Virus record (IMG/VR): IMGVR_UViG_3300037422_000298
DNA length: 64,000 bases
Reading direction: 5' to 3' (one strand)
DNA from: a virus
Taxonomy: Duplodnaviria; Caudoviricetes
The notes below the pieces were generated by a model. It saw only the letters and a program-made list of their open reading frames with translations. It searched no databases and was not told where the DNA came from. Each line of letters opens with the position of its first letter. Position 1 is the stretch's first letter. A program made the position numbers and the translations under genes. Shown here in pieces: positions 62,964-64,000 of the stretch.

Positions 62964-63500
62964 CTAACGGACTTCGCTCGGCGGACCGATGATGTCGAGG
63001 TAGCCCTGGAAGTTGACTTCGACGCGGACGAACTGAACTGGCACACGCTCGGGTTCGATGTTGTCGTCGAGAATCACGACTGCCGGAAAGTCGAGCGTGT
63101 CGATCTGGACCTGGAAGCCCTCGCTGCGAACGATCGTGTAGGGCTCTTCGAGATCCCACGCGCCCGTGTTGCGCGCGAGCAGAAGGCTGACGAGCGTCGC
63201 CGACTTCGTGAGGTTCTCGTTCTTCGAGAAGTCGAGGATACGAAGCCGAACGCGCCGTTCCATCGTCGTCGGCTGCGGTTCGAGGATCGTCGGGTTGACG
63301 AAACCTTCGGGCGTGCCCTTGGCCGTGAGCCCGATCTTGGCGCGATGGATCTCGAACGGCTTGTCGACGTTGTGGAGGAAGCTCGCTTCCGGGAAGACGA
63401 TGCCGGAGAGATTCGGGCCGACGTCGAGTTCTGCTGCGATGTTGTACGGGATGCGGAAGGTGATGTCCTTCCCGGCAAATTGCAGTGGTAGACGGCCCAT
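62964..63500 (-). CDS. Beta-rich protein, possibly virion
   Basis: GAGGAG RBS before MGRLPLQF; strand-like pattern. Confidence 0.6.
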   Translation of the reverse strand: MGRLPLQFAGKDITFRIPYNIAAELDVGPNLSGIVFPEASFLHNVDKPFEIHRAKIGLTAKGTPEGFVNPTILEPQPTTMERRVRLRILDFSKNENLTKSATLVSLLLARNTGAWDLEEPYTIVRSEGFQVQIDTLDFPAVVILDDNIEPERVPVQFVRVEVNFQGYLDIIGPPSEVR

Positions 63501-64000
63501 GTGGTCTCCTCGCGAGGTCGATCGCAGCAGCGACTGGTGTACGCACACCATCACGTACCTGTCGGATCTCCGCAAGACCGTTTGCTATTTATCAGATACG
63601 AAGGATTGTAAGCTCTGATCGTGCCTCGTCGAATTGCCAAGACCGTGTTGCCCGTTGAAGGTCTGTTTCGCTTCGATGTCGTCGTTCGCCGCGAAGGCGA
63701 CGGCGGTTTGCGCGTCGCAGTCCCAGCCGCGATCGTGCGCGGTCTCGTGCACGTTGGATGGGCGGGACGTTGGCTCGACGTCAAGCTCGACGACGAGCAT
63801 TTCAAGGCAGCTGTTCGACCGCACCCGACCTCGGTGATGTTTGCACTACCGAAGCGTCATCGCGGCGGAGTGCAAGCCGGAGATCGCGTCGTACTCGAAA
63901 TCCAGAAAGCCAACGGGCCGCGCGCGCCGAAGGCGCGACGCGTCCGTGGCGAGTGGCGTCCGGCGACTGCGACGTTGTCGTTGCCGTGGCTGCGTAGCTA

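Noticed and set aside
63551-64000. Short ORFs at window end
   Set aside because: No convincing start, RBS or composition; context truncated.

Overview
High-GC (roughly 60-65% by eye), gene-dense segment that reads as part of a large bacterial virus or virus-like element rather than a host chromosome. 1-44 kb is a + strand run of short, stop/start-overlapping accessory genes: two LAGLIDADG endonucleases, two GHKL-ATPase/HExxH fusions, M23 peptidase, GT2-like glycosyltransferase, LuxR-HTH, a tyrosine-recombinase-like protein lacking an obvious catalytic Tyr, orphan HicB and pyrF. 44-64 kb is mostly a - strand module of membrane-anchored, probably virion/entry proteins that share (F/L)G boundary motifs, interrupted by a + strand accessory island (48.3-52.7 kb). 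The outstanding feature is at 38.3-42.4 kb: a stand-alone Cas7/RAMP-like gene, two hairpins, a 2.5 kb non-coding array and a partner gene. The array has about 42 units, each a GGCAGTC-NN delimiter followed by usually 8-14 GGY-NN pentamers in which mainly the NN dinucleotides vary. This looks like an RNA-guided system with a non-contiguous guide code, not a CRISPR array. All family calls are from motif recognition by eye; no searches were run. Some start codons were re-picked from the ORF track using overlaps or RBS.
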